Source: Planctomycetota bacterium
Lineage (GTDB): Bacteria > Planctomycetota > UBA1135 > GCA-002686595
Assembly: GCA_038330085.1 (NCBI GenBank)
Contig: JBBQNP010000002.1
Location: 20,537 to 84,536, forward strand
DNA: 64,000 nt
Direction: 5' to 3'
Part shown: one piece after another, positions 27,287 through 35,692 of the stretch
How the letters are laid out: the number at the start of each line of letters is the position of its first letter
How positions within the stretch are numbered: position 1 is the first letter of the stretch
Notes under the pieces: model-generated
Databases searched by the model: none
Told to the model about the DNA's origin: nothing
The model's input: the letters and a program-made list of their open reading frames with translations, nothing else
Translations under genes and position numbers: made by a program

Positions 27287-28353
27287 AGCTCGCGAACCGT
27301 CTCGTCGACCAAGGCTTCGTCCCCGAAGTGCTGCTGCGCAGCGGCATTCGCAGCTTGTTGCGCAGGAGGTTGCGCGACGAGAGTGCGCGCTTCGGTCACG
27401 ACACCGAAAGCGTGATGCGCACGTGGGTGGAGCACATGCGCCAAAGCCCGATCGCGTTGGTGCCGGAGCTCGCCAACGAGCAGCACTACGAGGTGCCGGC
27501 GGAGTTCTTCCGGCTCGTGCTCGGCCGGCGCCTCAAGTACAGCAGCGCGTACTTCGCGAGCAGCACCGACACGCTCGATCAGGCCGAAGAAACCATGTTG
27601 GCGCTGACGGCCGAGCGCGCGGGCCTCGAAGACGGTCAGGACGTGCTCGAGCTGGGTTGCGGATGGGGCTCGCTCACGCTGTGGCTGGCCGAGCGACATC
27701 CGAAGAGCCGCATCGTCGCCGTCTCCAACTCGGCTACACAGCGCGAGCACATTCTGGAGCGGGCGAGCGAACGCAGCCTTCGCAACGTCACGGTCCTCAC
27801 CGCCGACATGAACGATCTCAAGATCGACGGGCAGTTCGATCGCGTCGTGTCGGTCGAGATGTTCGAGCACATGCGCAACTGGGAGCGGCTCCTGGGACGC
27901 GTCGCCAGATGGCTGCGGCATGACGGTCGGCTCTTCCTGCATGTTTTCGCGCACCAACGCTTCGCGTACGCATTCGAGGAACGCGACGACTCGGACTGGA
28001 TGAGCCGGCACTTCTTCAGCGGCGGGATGATGCCCTGCCATGGAATGGTCGAGCGCCTGGATGTGCCGTTCGAGAGCGTCGCGAGCTGGATCGTTCCTGG
28101 AACTCATTACGCGCGCACCGCGGAGGCCTGGTTGCAAAACCTCGAAGCGCGGCGCGCGGCGGTGCTCGAGCTCTTCGAACGCACGTACGGAAGCGATCGA
28201 GCCGAGCTCTGGTACCAGCGTTGGCGCGTGTTCTTCCTGGCGTGTGCCGAGCTCTTCGGCTTTCGGGGCGGTTCGGAGTGGATCGTCTCGCACGCACTGT
28301 TGCGTCCGCTGTCGTCCCAGATCCTGCTCGACTCGCAGAAGCGCGCGCGATGA
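27283..28353 (+). CDS. Cyclopropane-fatty-acyl-phospholipid synthase family SAM-dependent methyltransferase (copy 1, short form)
   Basis: This lies within ORF 26335..28353(+), with the start taken at MKLANRLVDQG (ATG 27283). It has the CFA/mycolic-acid methyltransferase motifs (HYEVPAEFFRLVLGRRLKYSSAYF; VLELGCGWGSLTLWLA; SVEMFEHM). Confidence 0.85.
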   Translation: MKLANRLVDQGFVPEVLLRSGIRSLLRRRLRDESARFGHDTESVMRTWVEHMRQSPIALVPELANEQHYEVPAEFFRLVLGRRLKYSSAYFASSTDTLDQAEETMLALTAERAGLEDGQDVLELGCGWGSLTLWLAERHPKSRIVAVSNSATQREHILERASERSLRNVTVLTADMNDLKIDGQFDRVVSVEMFEHMRNWERLLGRVARWLRHDGRLFLHVFAHQRFAYAFEERDDSDWMSRHFFSGGMMPCHGMVERLDVPFESVASWIVPGTHYARTAEAWLQNLEARRAAVLELFERTYGSDRAELWYQRWRVFFLACAELFGFRGGSEWIVSHALLRPLSSQILLDSQKRAR

Positions 28354-29603
28354 AGATCGCCGTCGTCGGGACCGGTGTCGCTGGGCTGGTCGCAGCGCAC
28401 AGGCTGCATGGCGAGCACGACGTCACCGTGTACGAGGCGGGAGATCGGATCGGCGGTCACGTCAACACCGTGGACGTCGCGACCGACACGGGCACCGTGG
28501 CGATCGACACCGGCTTCATCGTCTTCAACCGCAAGACCTACCCGCGCTTCTGTGCACTGCTCGAGGAACTCGGCGTCGCTTCTCAGCCAAGCGAGATGAG
28601 CTTCTCCGTTTCCTGCGAGAAAAACGGCCTCGAATACAACGGAACGTCGTTCGACGGACTCCTGGCGCAGCGCACGAACGCACTGCGACCGGCATTTTGG
28701 CGCATGGTCCGCGACATCCTGCGCTTCTACCGCGAAGCACCCGCGCTGCTGGCCGTCGATGACGACGACCTGACTCTCGGCACGTTCCTGGAGAGCCGAC
28801 GCTACTCGCGCGAGTTCATCGAGCATCACCTGGTGCCGATGGCCGCGGCGGTTTGGTCGTCGGATCCCCGCGACGTGCGCGCGATGCCGGTGCGCTTCCT
28901 GGTGCAGTTCTTCCACAACCACGGCTTCCTGCAGGTCGACGATCGTCCGCAGTGGCTGGTCGTGCGCGGCGGTTCGCGCCAATACGTCGACGCACTGGTC
29001 GCTCCGTTTCGGGATCGGATCCGGCTACGCACTCCGGTCGTGCGCGTCGAGCGCAGCTTCGACAGCGTGCGACTTTGGACGAAGTCCGGAGGCGACGAGA
29101 CGTACGACCGCGTCGTCCTGGCGACGCACGCTGACGAGAGCCTGCGCATGCTGTCCGACGCGACGCGGCTCGAGCGCGAAGTGCTGGGCTCGTTCGGATG
29201 GCAGCGCAACGAGGTCGTGTTGCACACCGACACAGCGCTCATGCCGCGCAAGCGCCGCGCCTGGGCGAGTTGGAACTACCACTTGGTGGATCCGCCTTCG
29301 AGCCTGCCCACGGTGACGTACTGGATGAACAACCTGCAGGGCCTCACCGCGGATCAGCAGTACCTGGTCACGTTGAACCGCACGGCGGCCATCCGTCCCG
29401 ACAAAGTGTTGAGAAGCTTCGTCTACCACCACCCGGTCTTCTCGAGCGCGACCCTGCGCGCCCAACGTCTGCACGCTGACATCGACGGCGCAGGCGGCGT
29501 CCACTTCTGTGGCGCGTACTGGGGCAACGGCTTTCACGAGGACGGTGTCGCCAGCGCGCATGCTGTCCTCGCGCACGTCGAACGAACGGTGCTGGCGAGA
29601 TGA
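28350..29603 (+). CDS. FAD/NAD(P)-binding oxidoreductase (amine-oxidase / phytoene-desaturase-like)
   Basis: This lies within ORF 28221..29603(+), with the start taken at MKIAVVGTGVAGLVAAHRL (ATG 28350, ATGA overlap). It has a dinucleotide-binding GxGxxG followed by YEAGDRIGGH. Confidence 0.85.
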   Translation: MKIAVVGTGVAGLVAAHRLHGEHDVTVYEAGDRIGGHVNTVDVATDTGTVAIDTGFIVFNRKTYPRFCALLEELGVASQPSEMSFSVSCEKNGLEYNGTSFDGLLAQRTNALRPAFWRMVRDILRFYREAPALLAVDDDDLTLGTFLESRRYSREFIEHHLVPMAAAVWSSDPRDVRAMPVRFLVQFFHNHGFLQVDDRPQWLVVRGGSRQYVDALVAPFRDRIRLRTPVVRVERSFDSVRLWTKSGGDETYDRVVLATHADESLRMLSDATRLEREVLGSFGWQRNEVVLHTDTALMPRKRRAWASWNYHLVDPPSSLPTVTYWMNNLQGLTADQQYLVTLNRTAAIRPDKVLRSFVYHHPVFSSATLRAQRLHADIDGAGGVHFCGAYWGNGFHEDGVASAHAVLAHVERTVLAR

Positions 29604-29659
29604 AGAGCGAGATGAAGAGTGCGCTGAAGAGTGCGATGAAAAGTGCGATGAGGAGCGCG
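29600..29659 (+). repeat. 12-nt tandem repeat x5 at the 5' end of the DUF1365 gene
   Basis: The units are ATGAAGAGCGAG, ATGAAGAGTGCG, CTGAAGAGTGCG, ATGAAAAGTGCG and ATGAGGAGCGCG. Four of the five units begin with an in-frame ATG. Confidence 0.8.
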
Positions 29660-30421
29660 ATCTACGAGGGCACCGTCTACCACGACCGCCGCGAGCCGCG
29701 GCCGCATGCGTTCGAGCACCGGCTGTTCATGATGTACATCGACCTCGACGAGCTGCCCGAGCTCTTCCAAGGTCGCTGGCTGTGGTCCGCGAGCCGAAAG
29801 GCGCTCGCGTGGTTTCGGCGAGACGACTACCTGGATCCGCAAACCGCCGATTTGCGCGAGGCCGTGCGCGCGCGCGTGCAGGACGAGCTCGGACGCAGGC
29901 CGGCGGGCGCAGTGCGCGTGCTCACCCACCTGCGGACGTTCGGCTACGTCTTCAATCCGGTCACGTTCTACTACTGCTTCGACGCGCGCGACGAGCTCGA
30001 CGCCATCGTCGCCGAGATCACCAACACGCCGTGGGGCGAGCGTCATGCCTACGTTCTCGACGCGCGCGGCGAGCAGGGAACGGCCGAGATCACCTGGCGC
30101 TTTCCGAAGGCGTTTCACGTCTCGCCCTTTCACGCGATGGACGTCGAGTACGAGTGGCGCTTCAGCGCGCCCGGCGCAGAGCTCGGGGTGCACATGACGA
30201 ACCTCGCTGCCGGCCGGCCGATGTTCCACGCCGGCTTCGCCGCGCATCGACGTGCGATCACGCGTGCGGGCCTGGCGTGGGTGCTCGTGCGTCATCCACT
30301 GCACACGTTGCGCTTGCACGCGGCCATCTACTGGCAGGCTGCGCGCCTTTTGCTGAAGCGCGTGCCCACGCACGCGCATCCACAGCATTCCGTCGTTCCA
30401 ACAGGGAGCCGGGCATCATGA
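29600..30421 (+). CDS. DUF1365 family protein
   Basis: ORF 29600..30421(+), ATGA overlap with the preceding gene. The core is SAIYEGTVYHDRREPRPHAFEHRLFMMYIDLDEL ... FGYVFNPVTFYYC. It has an unusual N-terminal (M/L)(K/R)S(A/E) x5 repeat. Confidence 0.85.
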   Translation: MKSEMKSALKSAMKSAMRSAIYEGTVYHDRREPRPHAFEHRLFMMYIDLDELPELFQGRWLWSASRKALAWFRRDDYLDPQTADLREAVRARVQDELGRRPAGAVRVLTHLRTFGYVFNPVTFYYCFDARDELDAIVAEITNTPWGERHAYVLDARGEQGTAEITWRFPKAFHVSPFHAMDVEYEWRFSAPGAELGVHMTNLAAGRPMFHAGFAAHRRAITRAGLAWVLVRHPLHTLRLHAAIYWQAARLLLKRVPTHAHPQHSVVPTGSRAS

Positions 30422-31704
30422 GCGACGAAGGTTTGATCGCCGGACTGACTGGTGCGCGTGCAGTGGTTGCCCGGGGCGAGCGCGTCGCACGTCCTTCCAT
30501 CGCGGCGCGGCTCGTGTTTTCACGGCTCGCTCGATTGTCGTCGGGTTCACTGATCGTGCACGAGGGCGGACGAAGGCACGTGTTCGGGAGCCCGGATCCC
30601 AGCCTTCCGCCGGCGATCGTGCACGTTCACGACGCGCGCTTCTGGTCCGCGGTCGCGAAGCGCGGCACCGTCGGCGCGGGAGAGGCGTTCGCGCAGGGCT
30701 GGTGGTCTAGCGAGGACATCGTCGCGCTCGTGCGTCTCTTCGTTCGCAATCGGGATTCGATGACGGCCCTCGAGGGCGGGCTCGCGCGGCTCTCGCGTCC
30801 CGTGCTCGATTTGTTCCATGCGCTCCGCCGCAACACGCGCAAGGGCAGCCGCGCCAACATCTCGGCGCACTACGACCTCTCGAACGAGTTCTTCGCGCTG
30901 TTCCTGGACGACACGATGACCTATTCGTGCGGCCTCTTCGAACGGCCGGAGTCGAGCTTGCGTGAAGCGTCTCTGGCCAAGATCGACCGCATCTGCGCTC
31001 ACCTGCAGCTCTCATCCGCCGACCACCTGCTCGAAATCGGCACCGGTTGGGGTGCGCTTGCGATCCACGCCGCGCGCGAATACGGCTGTCGCGTGACGAC
31101 GACGACGATCTCGCGGCGGCAACACGATGTGGCCGCGCAGCGCATTCGCGAGGCCGGCCTCGAGGGGCGCGTGACGCTCTTGTTCGAGGACTACCGCAAC
31201 CTCGAAGGCACCTACGACAAGCTCGTCTCCGTCGAGATGATCGAGGCAATCGGCCATCAGTACTTCGACGAGTTCTTTCGGCGCTGCTCGGCGTTGTTGC
31301 GCCCCGAAGGGCGGATGTGCCTGCAGTCGATCACGATCGCGGATCAGCACTATGCGTCCGCGCTGCGCTCGGTCGACTTCATCCAGCGCCACATCTTCCC
31401 GGGCGCGTGCATCCCTTCGGTGACGGCGTTGTGCTCGTCGATGACGGCTTCGAGCGACCTGAGGCTCGTGCACATGGATGACATCGGCCCGCACTACGCG
31501 CGCACCCTCTCCGAATGGCGGCAGAACCTGCTCGCTCATCGCGACGAAGCGCGTGCCCTGGGGTTCGGCGACGAGTTGCTGAGGCTGTGGGACTTCTACT
31601 TCGGCTACTGCCAAGGGGGGTTGGAGGAAAGGCAGCTCAGCACGGTGCAGATGGTGCTCGAGCGTCCGCTGGCACGGCCCGCATTGTTTCCTTCCGCGAA
31701 TTGA
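30418..31704 (+). CDS. Cyclopropane-fatty-acyl-phospholipid synthase family methyltransferase (copy 2, long form)
   Basis: This lies within ORF 29509..31704(+), with the start taken at MSDEGLIAGLTG (ATG 30418, ATGA overlap). Motifs present are ISAHYDLSNEFFALFLDDTMTYSCGLF, LLEIGTGWGALAIHAA, SVEMIEAIGHQY and FYFGYCQGGLEERQL. Confidence 0.9.
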   Translation: MSDEGLIAGLTGARAVVARGERVARPSIAARLVFSRLARLSSGSLIVHEGGRRHVFGSPDPSLPPAIVHVHDARFWSAVAKRGTVGAGEAFAQGWWSSEDIVALVRLFVRNRDSMTALEGGLARLSRPVLDLFHALRRNTRKGSRANISAHYDLSNEFFALFLDDTMTYSCGLFERPESSLREASLAKIDRICAHLQLSSADHLLEIGTGWGALAIHAAREYGCRVTTTTISRRQHDVAAQRIREAGLEGRVTLLFEDYRNLEGTYDKLVSVEMIEAIGHQYFDEFFRRCSALLRPEGRMCLQSITIADQHYASALRSVDFIQRHIFPGACIPSVTALCSSMTASSDLRLVHMDDIGPHYARTLSEWRQNLLAHRDEARALGFGDELLRLWDFYFGYCQGGLEERQLSTVQMVLERPLARPALFPSAN

Positions 31705-31819
31705 ACGCTCGAAACACGCGAGAACGATGGTGTCGTGTCGTCAGGATCCGCGCTCGCACGCGCGCGATGATCGAACTGATTCGTACTGAGTGGACGACCG
31801 TGCCGTGACCGCCGCGACG

Positions 31820-32353
31820 ATGAAGAAGTTCGCGAACTTCGCCCTGTACCAAGGCGCCTGGTTCGTCGCCGTCTCGTGTGCCGCGCGAGGCGACGTGTGG
31901 ACGGGGCCGGCAGCGATGCTGGTCGTGGTGATCGTGCACCTGGCGCTCGTGCCCGATCGCATGCGCGAGCTGCGCTTTCTGTTTGTCGTCGGCCTTTTCG
32001 GAACGATCGCGGACAGCGCGCTCGCCGCACTCGGCGTCCTCGCGTATCCGAGTTCGCACGCGAGCTGGACGAGCATCGTCGCGCCACCGTGGATCATCGC
32101 GCTGTGGATCGGGTTCGCGACGTTGCCGCGCTTCTCGCTCGCTTGGCTCGCACACAGGCCCGCGCTCGCCGCGCTGCTCGGCGCCGTGGGTGGCCCGCTG
32201 TCCTATGCCGCGGGTATCCGCCTGGGCGCCGTCGCGGTCGGCTCGCAACCCGTGCTGACGTGGCTTGCGCTGTCGGCGGAGTACGCGCTCGCCACACCTT
32301 TCCTGCTGTGGCTCGCGCCGCGGGCGGACACACGCGAAAAGGCCGCTGTTTAG
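31820..32353 (+). CDS. DUF2878 family membrane protein
   Basis: ORF 31790..32353(+), with the start probably at MKKFANFALYQGAWFVAV (31820). It has 4-5 TM segments. This family commonly ends CFA-synthase/DUF1365 clusters. Confidence 0.7.
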   Translation: MKKFANFALYQGAWFVAVSCAARGDVWTGPAAMLVVVIVHLALVPDRMRELRFLFVVGLFGTIADSALAALGVLAYPSSHASWTSIVAPPWIIALWIGFATLPRFSLAWLAHRPALAALLGAVGGPLSYAAGIRLGAVAVGSQPVLTWLALSAEYALATPFLLWLAPRADTREKAAV

Positions 32354-32442
32354 GCAATTCTTAGGAAGTCGACAGCGACCATTTAGGGTGCCCTGAAGCG
32401 GTCCGTGCCCGATGTTGAGCGTCTCCGAAAGAGACGGCTCAC

Positions 32443-33126
32443 ATGACACGCATCGACCTCTACACGACTGCCCACAAAGGGCTCCGCTCACTCCTCTTCG
32501 AGTCCGCCCAGACCGTCGCGCGCTGCGGAGGCTTGCGCCGCGACGAGATCCGGGCATCGGCCGCGATCGTGCGTCGGACGATCGACGTGCTGCGAGCCCA
32601 CGCAGGGCGTTGTGACGATCATCTGTTGCCCCCCATCGCGCGGCTCTCGCCCGTTCTCGCGGCCGAAATCGAGACGCGCTTCGACCGTTGCGCAGGCTTC
32701 GAGCAGGAGATCGCACGCACGCTCGATCGTCTGGAGGCCTCGACAAGCGGTGAGCGCGCATCGCTCGTGCAGCGGTTGCACAGGGAGATGGGCCGGCTCC
32801 TCCGGGAGCACCTCCGGCGCATGGAGCTCGAAGAGCAGCACGCGAACCGCATCTTGTGGGCGCATCTCGACGATGGAGAGCTGGCTGCGCTCGAGCGACA
32901 GATGTTCCGCGCCATGTCCCGCGCGGATGCCGTCGAGTGGTTCGCCATCCTCTTTGCCGCCGCGAGCCTGGACGAGATGGCCGCGCTGTTGGGACGACTG
33001 CAAGCGTACATCCCCCTCGAGTTGACGTCCGCGCTCTGCGCAGCGGCGAGCGTGCGCTGCGACGAGTCGCGCTCGAACGCGAACACGGCTCGCACGAGCG
33101 GTGATGCTGAGGAGCGCGTGGCGTGA
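32443..33126 (+). CDS. Hemerythrin-like (HHE cation-binding) domain protein
   Basis: ORF 32443..33126(+). It is an alpha-helical protein with spaced His/Glu pairs (TAHKGLRSLLFE, HAGRCDDHLL, REHLRRMELEEQHANRILWAHLD). The assignment is by pattern only. Confidence 0.45.
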   Translation: MTRIDLYTTAHKGLRSLLFESAQTVARCGGLRRDEIRASAAIVRRTIDVLRAHAGRCDDHLLPPIARLSPVLAAEIETRFDRCAGFEQEIARTLDRLEASTSGERASLVQRLHREMGRLLREHLRRMELEEQHANRILWAHLDDGELAALERQMFRAMSRADAVEWFAILFAAASLDEMAALLGRLQAYIPLELTSALCAAASVRCDESRSNANTARTSGDAEERVA

Positions 33127-34442
33127 CGATCTTCACGAGTGCGATCGCCGCCCGATGGTTGGGGTGGGCGCGCAACCACGTCCTCCATCACGCCGTTGCG
33201 CTGGGCATCGCGCTCACCGCCACGGCGTGGGTGCCGCTCGGTGAAGCGGACCCCTTGTCCGATACGATCCCCGCGCGCCTCGCGGACACGGGTCTGTACG
33301 CCGACTTCGCGGCGCGCACGCTTGCACCCGGCGTGCTCCCGTTCGAGCCGCAGTACCCGCTGTGGACGGACGGCGCGACGAAGCGCCGCTGGATTCGACT
33401 GCCGCCGGGCGCTTCGATCGACGCGACGAACCCCGACGTGTGGTCGTTCCCGCGCGGAACACGCTTGTGGAAGGAGTTCTCGTTCGGACACCGCATCGAG
33501 ACGCGCCTGATGCTGCGCGGCGGCGACGGGACGTGGCGCTTCGCGACGTACGCTTGGAGCGCGGACGAGAGCGACGCCGTGCTCGCGCCTGAGCGCGGCG
33601 TCAACGCAGCGTGCGAGTCGCAGCCGGGCAAGCCGTTCGACATTCCCGCGCGCACCGACTGCAACGCGTGTCACCTCGCGGGACCGAACGTCGTGCTCGG
33701 CTTCAGCGCGCTGCAGCTCTCGAGCGACCGTGACCCGCTCGCTCCCCACGCGCAAGTACCCGCAGCCGGAGCGGTCGACCTGTCCGACCTCGTGCGGCGC
33801 AACCTCGTGAAGAACCTGCCGCGCGCGCTGGTCGGGACACCGCCGCGCATCGCGGCAGCGTCGCCGATCGAGCGCGCTGCTCTCGGTTACCTGCACGGCA
33901 ACTGCGGCATGTGTCATACCGACTCGGGGCAGCTCGCGAGCCTGGACCTCGATCTGTGGACGTCGTTCGCTGGGATGTCCATCGAGCCTCAGACCCCCGA
34001 CACCAACGCGCGCCGAACGACGAACGGCCATGCGAGCCGCTTCGTTTGTGACACGAGCACCCATGCGCTGCGCAGCGCCTCTGCGCTGCGCGTGTCGCCC
34101 GGTGATCCCGATGCGAGCGTGCTCTTGCGACGGATGGCTTCGCGTCAGCCGCTCTCGCAGATGCCGCCGCTCGGCACGCACGTCGCCGACGCGGAAGCGC
34201 TCGAGCTCGTGACGCAGTGGATTCGATCGCAGTCCGGCGCCGTGCGCGTCACGGATCGTACGACGCAGGCCGATGCCGGAGCGCGGTCCGCAGGTGATCC
34301 GTGGGTGCCTGAATCACGCCGTGAGTACTCCCGCGGCGGGTACGTGGCACCGACGGATGTCACCGACACCAACTCACTCGACGTCTGCCAGACATCGAGC
34401 TCTTCCCAAGCACCCTTGATTTCCAAGACTCCGAAAGACTGA
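33123..34442 (+). CDS. Exported protein with two heme c binding motifs (putative diheme c-type cytochrome)
   Basis: ORF 33123..34442(+), GTG start overlapping the previous stop (GTGA). It has an N-terminal TM/signal segment, then CNACH and CGMCH (CXXCH x2). The conserved-looking N-terminal block is LADTGLYADF...FEPQYPLWTDGATKRRWIRLPPG. Confidence 0.7.
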   Translation: MTIFTSAIAARWLGWARNHVLHHAVALGIALTATAWVPLGEADPLSDTIPARLADTGLYADFAARTLAPGVLPFEPQYPLWTDGATKRRWIRLPPGASIDATNPDVWSFPRGTRLWKEFSFGHRIETRLMLRGGDGTWRFATYAWSADESDAVLAPERGVNAACESQPGKPFDIPARTDCNACHLAGPNVVLGFSALQLSSDRDPLAPHAQVPAAGAVDLSDLVRRNLVKNLPRALVGTPPRIAAASPIERAALGYLHGNCGMCHTDSGQLASLDLDLWTSFAGMSIEPQTPDTNARRTTNGHASRFVCDTSTHALRSASALRVSPGDPDASVLLRRMASRQPLSQMPPLGTHVADAEALELVTQWIRSQSGAVRVTDRTTQADAGARSAGDPWVPESRREYSRGGYVAPTDVTDTNSLDVCQTSSSSQAPLISKTPKD

Positions 34443-34457
34443 GAGAGAACCACTTCC

Positions 34458-35054
34458 ATGAAGCTCTTCGTTCCGCTGATGCTTTTGTCCTGCACCGCCG
34501 GCCTCGCTGCCTTCGTGATGGCCGCGAGCTCGCCGTTCCCGCCCTCCAACCCCTCGCCCGACACGCACGAATCCGCCGCGCAAGACCCCGTCGCGCACGG
34601 CAAGTACCTCGTGACGGCCATGGGTTGTGCCGACTGCCACACGCCGCTGAAGCTCGGCGCGCACGGCCCCGAGCCCGACATGTCGCGCTGGCTCTCGGGT
34701 CATCCCGACACCCTCGCGATGCCGCCCGCGCCCGCGATTCCTCCCGGACCGTGGGGCTTCGTCGGCGCCGCGACGATGACCGCGTGGTCGGGGCCGTGGG
34801 GCACGAGCTTCACCACGAACCTGACGCCCGATCCCGAAACCGGCCTGGGCAAGTGGACGTTCGAGCAGTTCCGCGACGCCGTGCGCTCCGGCCGCCACGA
34901 GGGTCGCGGCCGTCCCATCCTGCCGCCGATGCCCTGGATGAACGTCGCCGCGCTGACCGATGCCGACCTGCACGACGTGTTCGGCTACCTGCGCTCGATC
35001 CCCGCGATCGTGAACCACGTGCCGCAGCCGATTCCGCCGGCCGAAACGCGCTGA
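34458..35054 (+). CDS. Monoheme c-type cytochrome
   Basis: ORF 34458..35054(+). It has a signal peptide (MKLFVPLMLLSCTAGLAAFVMA), a heme motif (GCADCH), and a distal PPMPW (Met ligand region). Confidence 0.75.
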   Translation: MKLFVPLMLLSCTAGLAAFVMAASSPFPPSNPSPDTHESAAQDPVAHGKYLVTAMGCADCHTPLKLGAHGPEPDMSRWLSGHPDTLAMPPAPAIPPGPWGFVGAATMTAWSGPWGTSFTTNLTPDPETGLGKWTFEQFRDAVRSGRHEGRGRPILPPMPWMNVAALTDADLHDVFGYLRSIPAIVNHVPQPIPPAETR

Positions 35055-35203
35055 CCGAGCGGTGTCCTGCACCGTCCTGCACCGTAGTGCGGCAGTCCGC
35101 GCGACGGTGCCCGGCGCAGCCCGGCCGATGCTCGAAATCGTGATCGATCCAGGTCCAAAGCTCGATCGAGTCATCGCCCGCGCGCGGCTAGAATCCGCGC
35201 GCC

Positions 35204-35692
35204 TTGCTCACCTCGATCCCTTCCGAGCTCGTCGCATTCCTCGAGTCCGGCATCTCGATCCTCGTCGGATCGCGGGATGCGCACCTGCGTCCCGAGTTCG
35301 CGCGCGGCATCGGCGCGCGCATTCATCCCGGCGGAGGCGAGTTGACCGTGTGGATCCCGTCGACGACCGCGGAGCGCACGCTCGCCAACGTGCGCGACAA
35401 CGGCCGCCTGGCCGTGTGCTTCGCCGCGATCGATCACCGCTCGTTCCAGTTCAAAGGCCGCACGATCGAAGTGCGCGACGCGCACCCTGACGAGCGCGCG
35501 TCGTTGGAGCGTTACCGCGCCGCGATCGCGCAACACTGGGGTCAGGTCGGGATGCCGCCGCGGCTGACGCACCGCATGATCGTGTGGCCCGCTCAGGCGC
35601 TGACGTTGCAGATCGAATCCGTGTTCCAACAGACGCCCGGCCCAGGAGCCGGCGCGGCGTTGGGCCGGCCGCGGCGCGGGAAGAAGTCATGA
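35204..35692 (+). CDS. Pyridoxamine-5'-phosphate-oxidase-like (FMN-binding split-barrel) family protein
   Basis: ORF 35204..35692(+), TTG start. It shows a split-barrel pattern (ISILVGSRDAHLRPEFARGIGARI ... NVRDNGRLAVCFA ... FQFKGRT). Its stop overlaps the next ATG (ATGA at 35689-92). Confidence 0.55.
   Translation: MLTSIPSELVAFLESGISILVGSRDAHLRPEFARGIGARIHPGGGELTVWIPSTTAERTLANVRDNGRLAVCFAAIDHRSFQFKGRTIEVRDAHPDERASLERYRAAIAQHWGQVGMPPRLTHRMIVWPAQALTLQIESVFQQTPGPGAGAALGRPRRGKKS

Noticed and set aside
31705-32442. Further copies of the ECF promoter motif upstream of DUF2878 and the hemerythrin-like gene
   Set aside because: The nearest look-alikes (GGATCC...CGAAC at ~31760, GGTCC...CGAAA at ~32400) have 21-22-nt spacers and imperfect -35 boxes. 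I do not count them as members.
31637-34181. The 512-aa and 520-aa minus-strand ORFs (31637..33175, 32619..34181)
   Set aside because: They are Arg-rich antisense frames opposite DUF2878, the hemerythrin-like gene and the diheme cytochrome gene.
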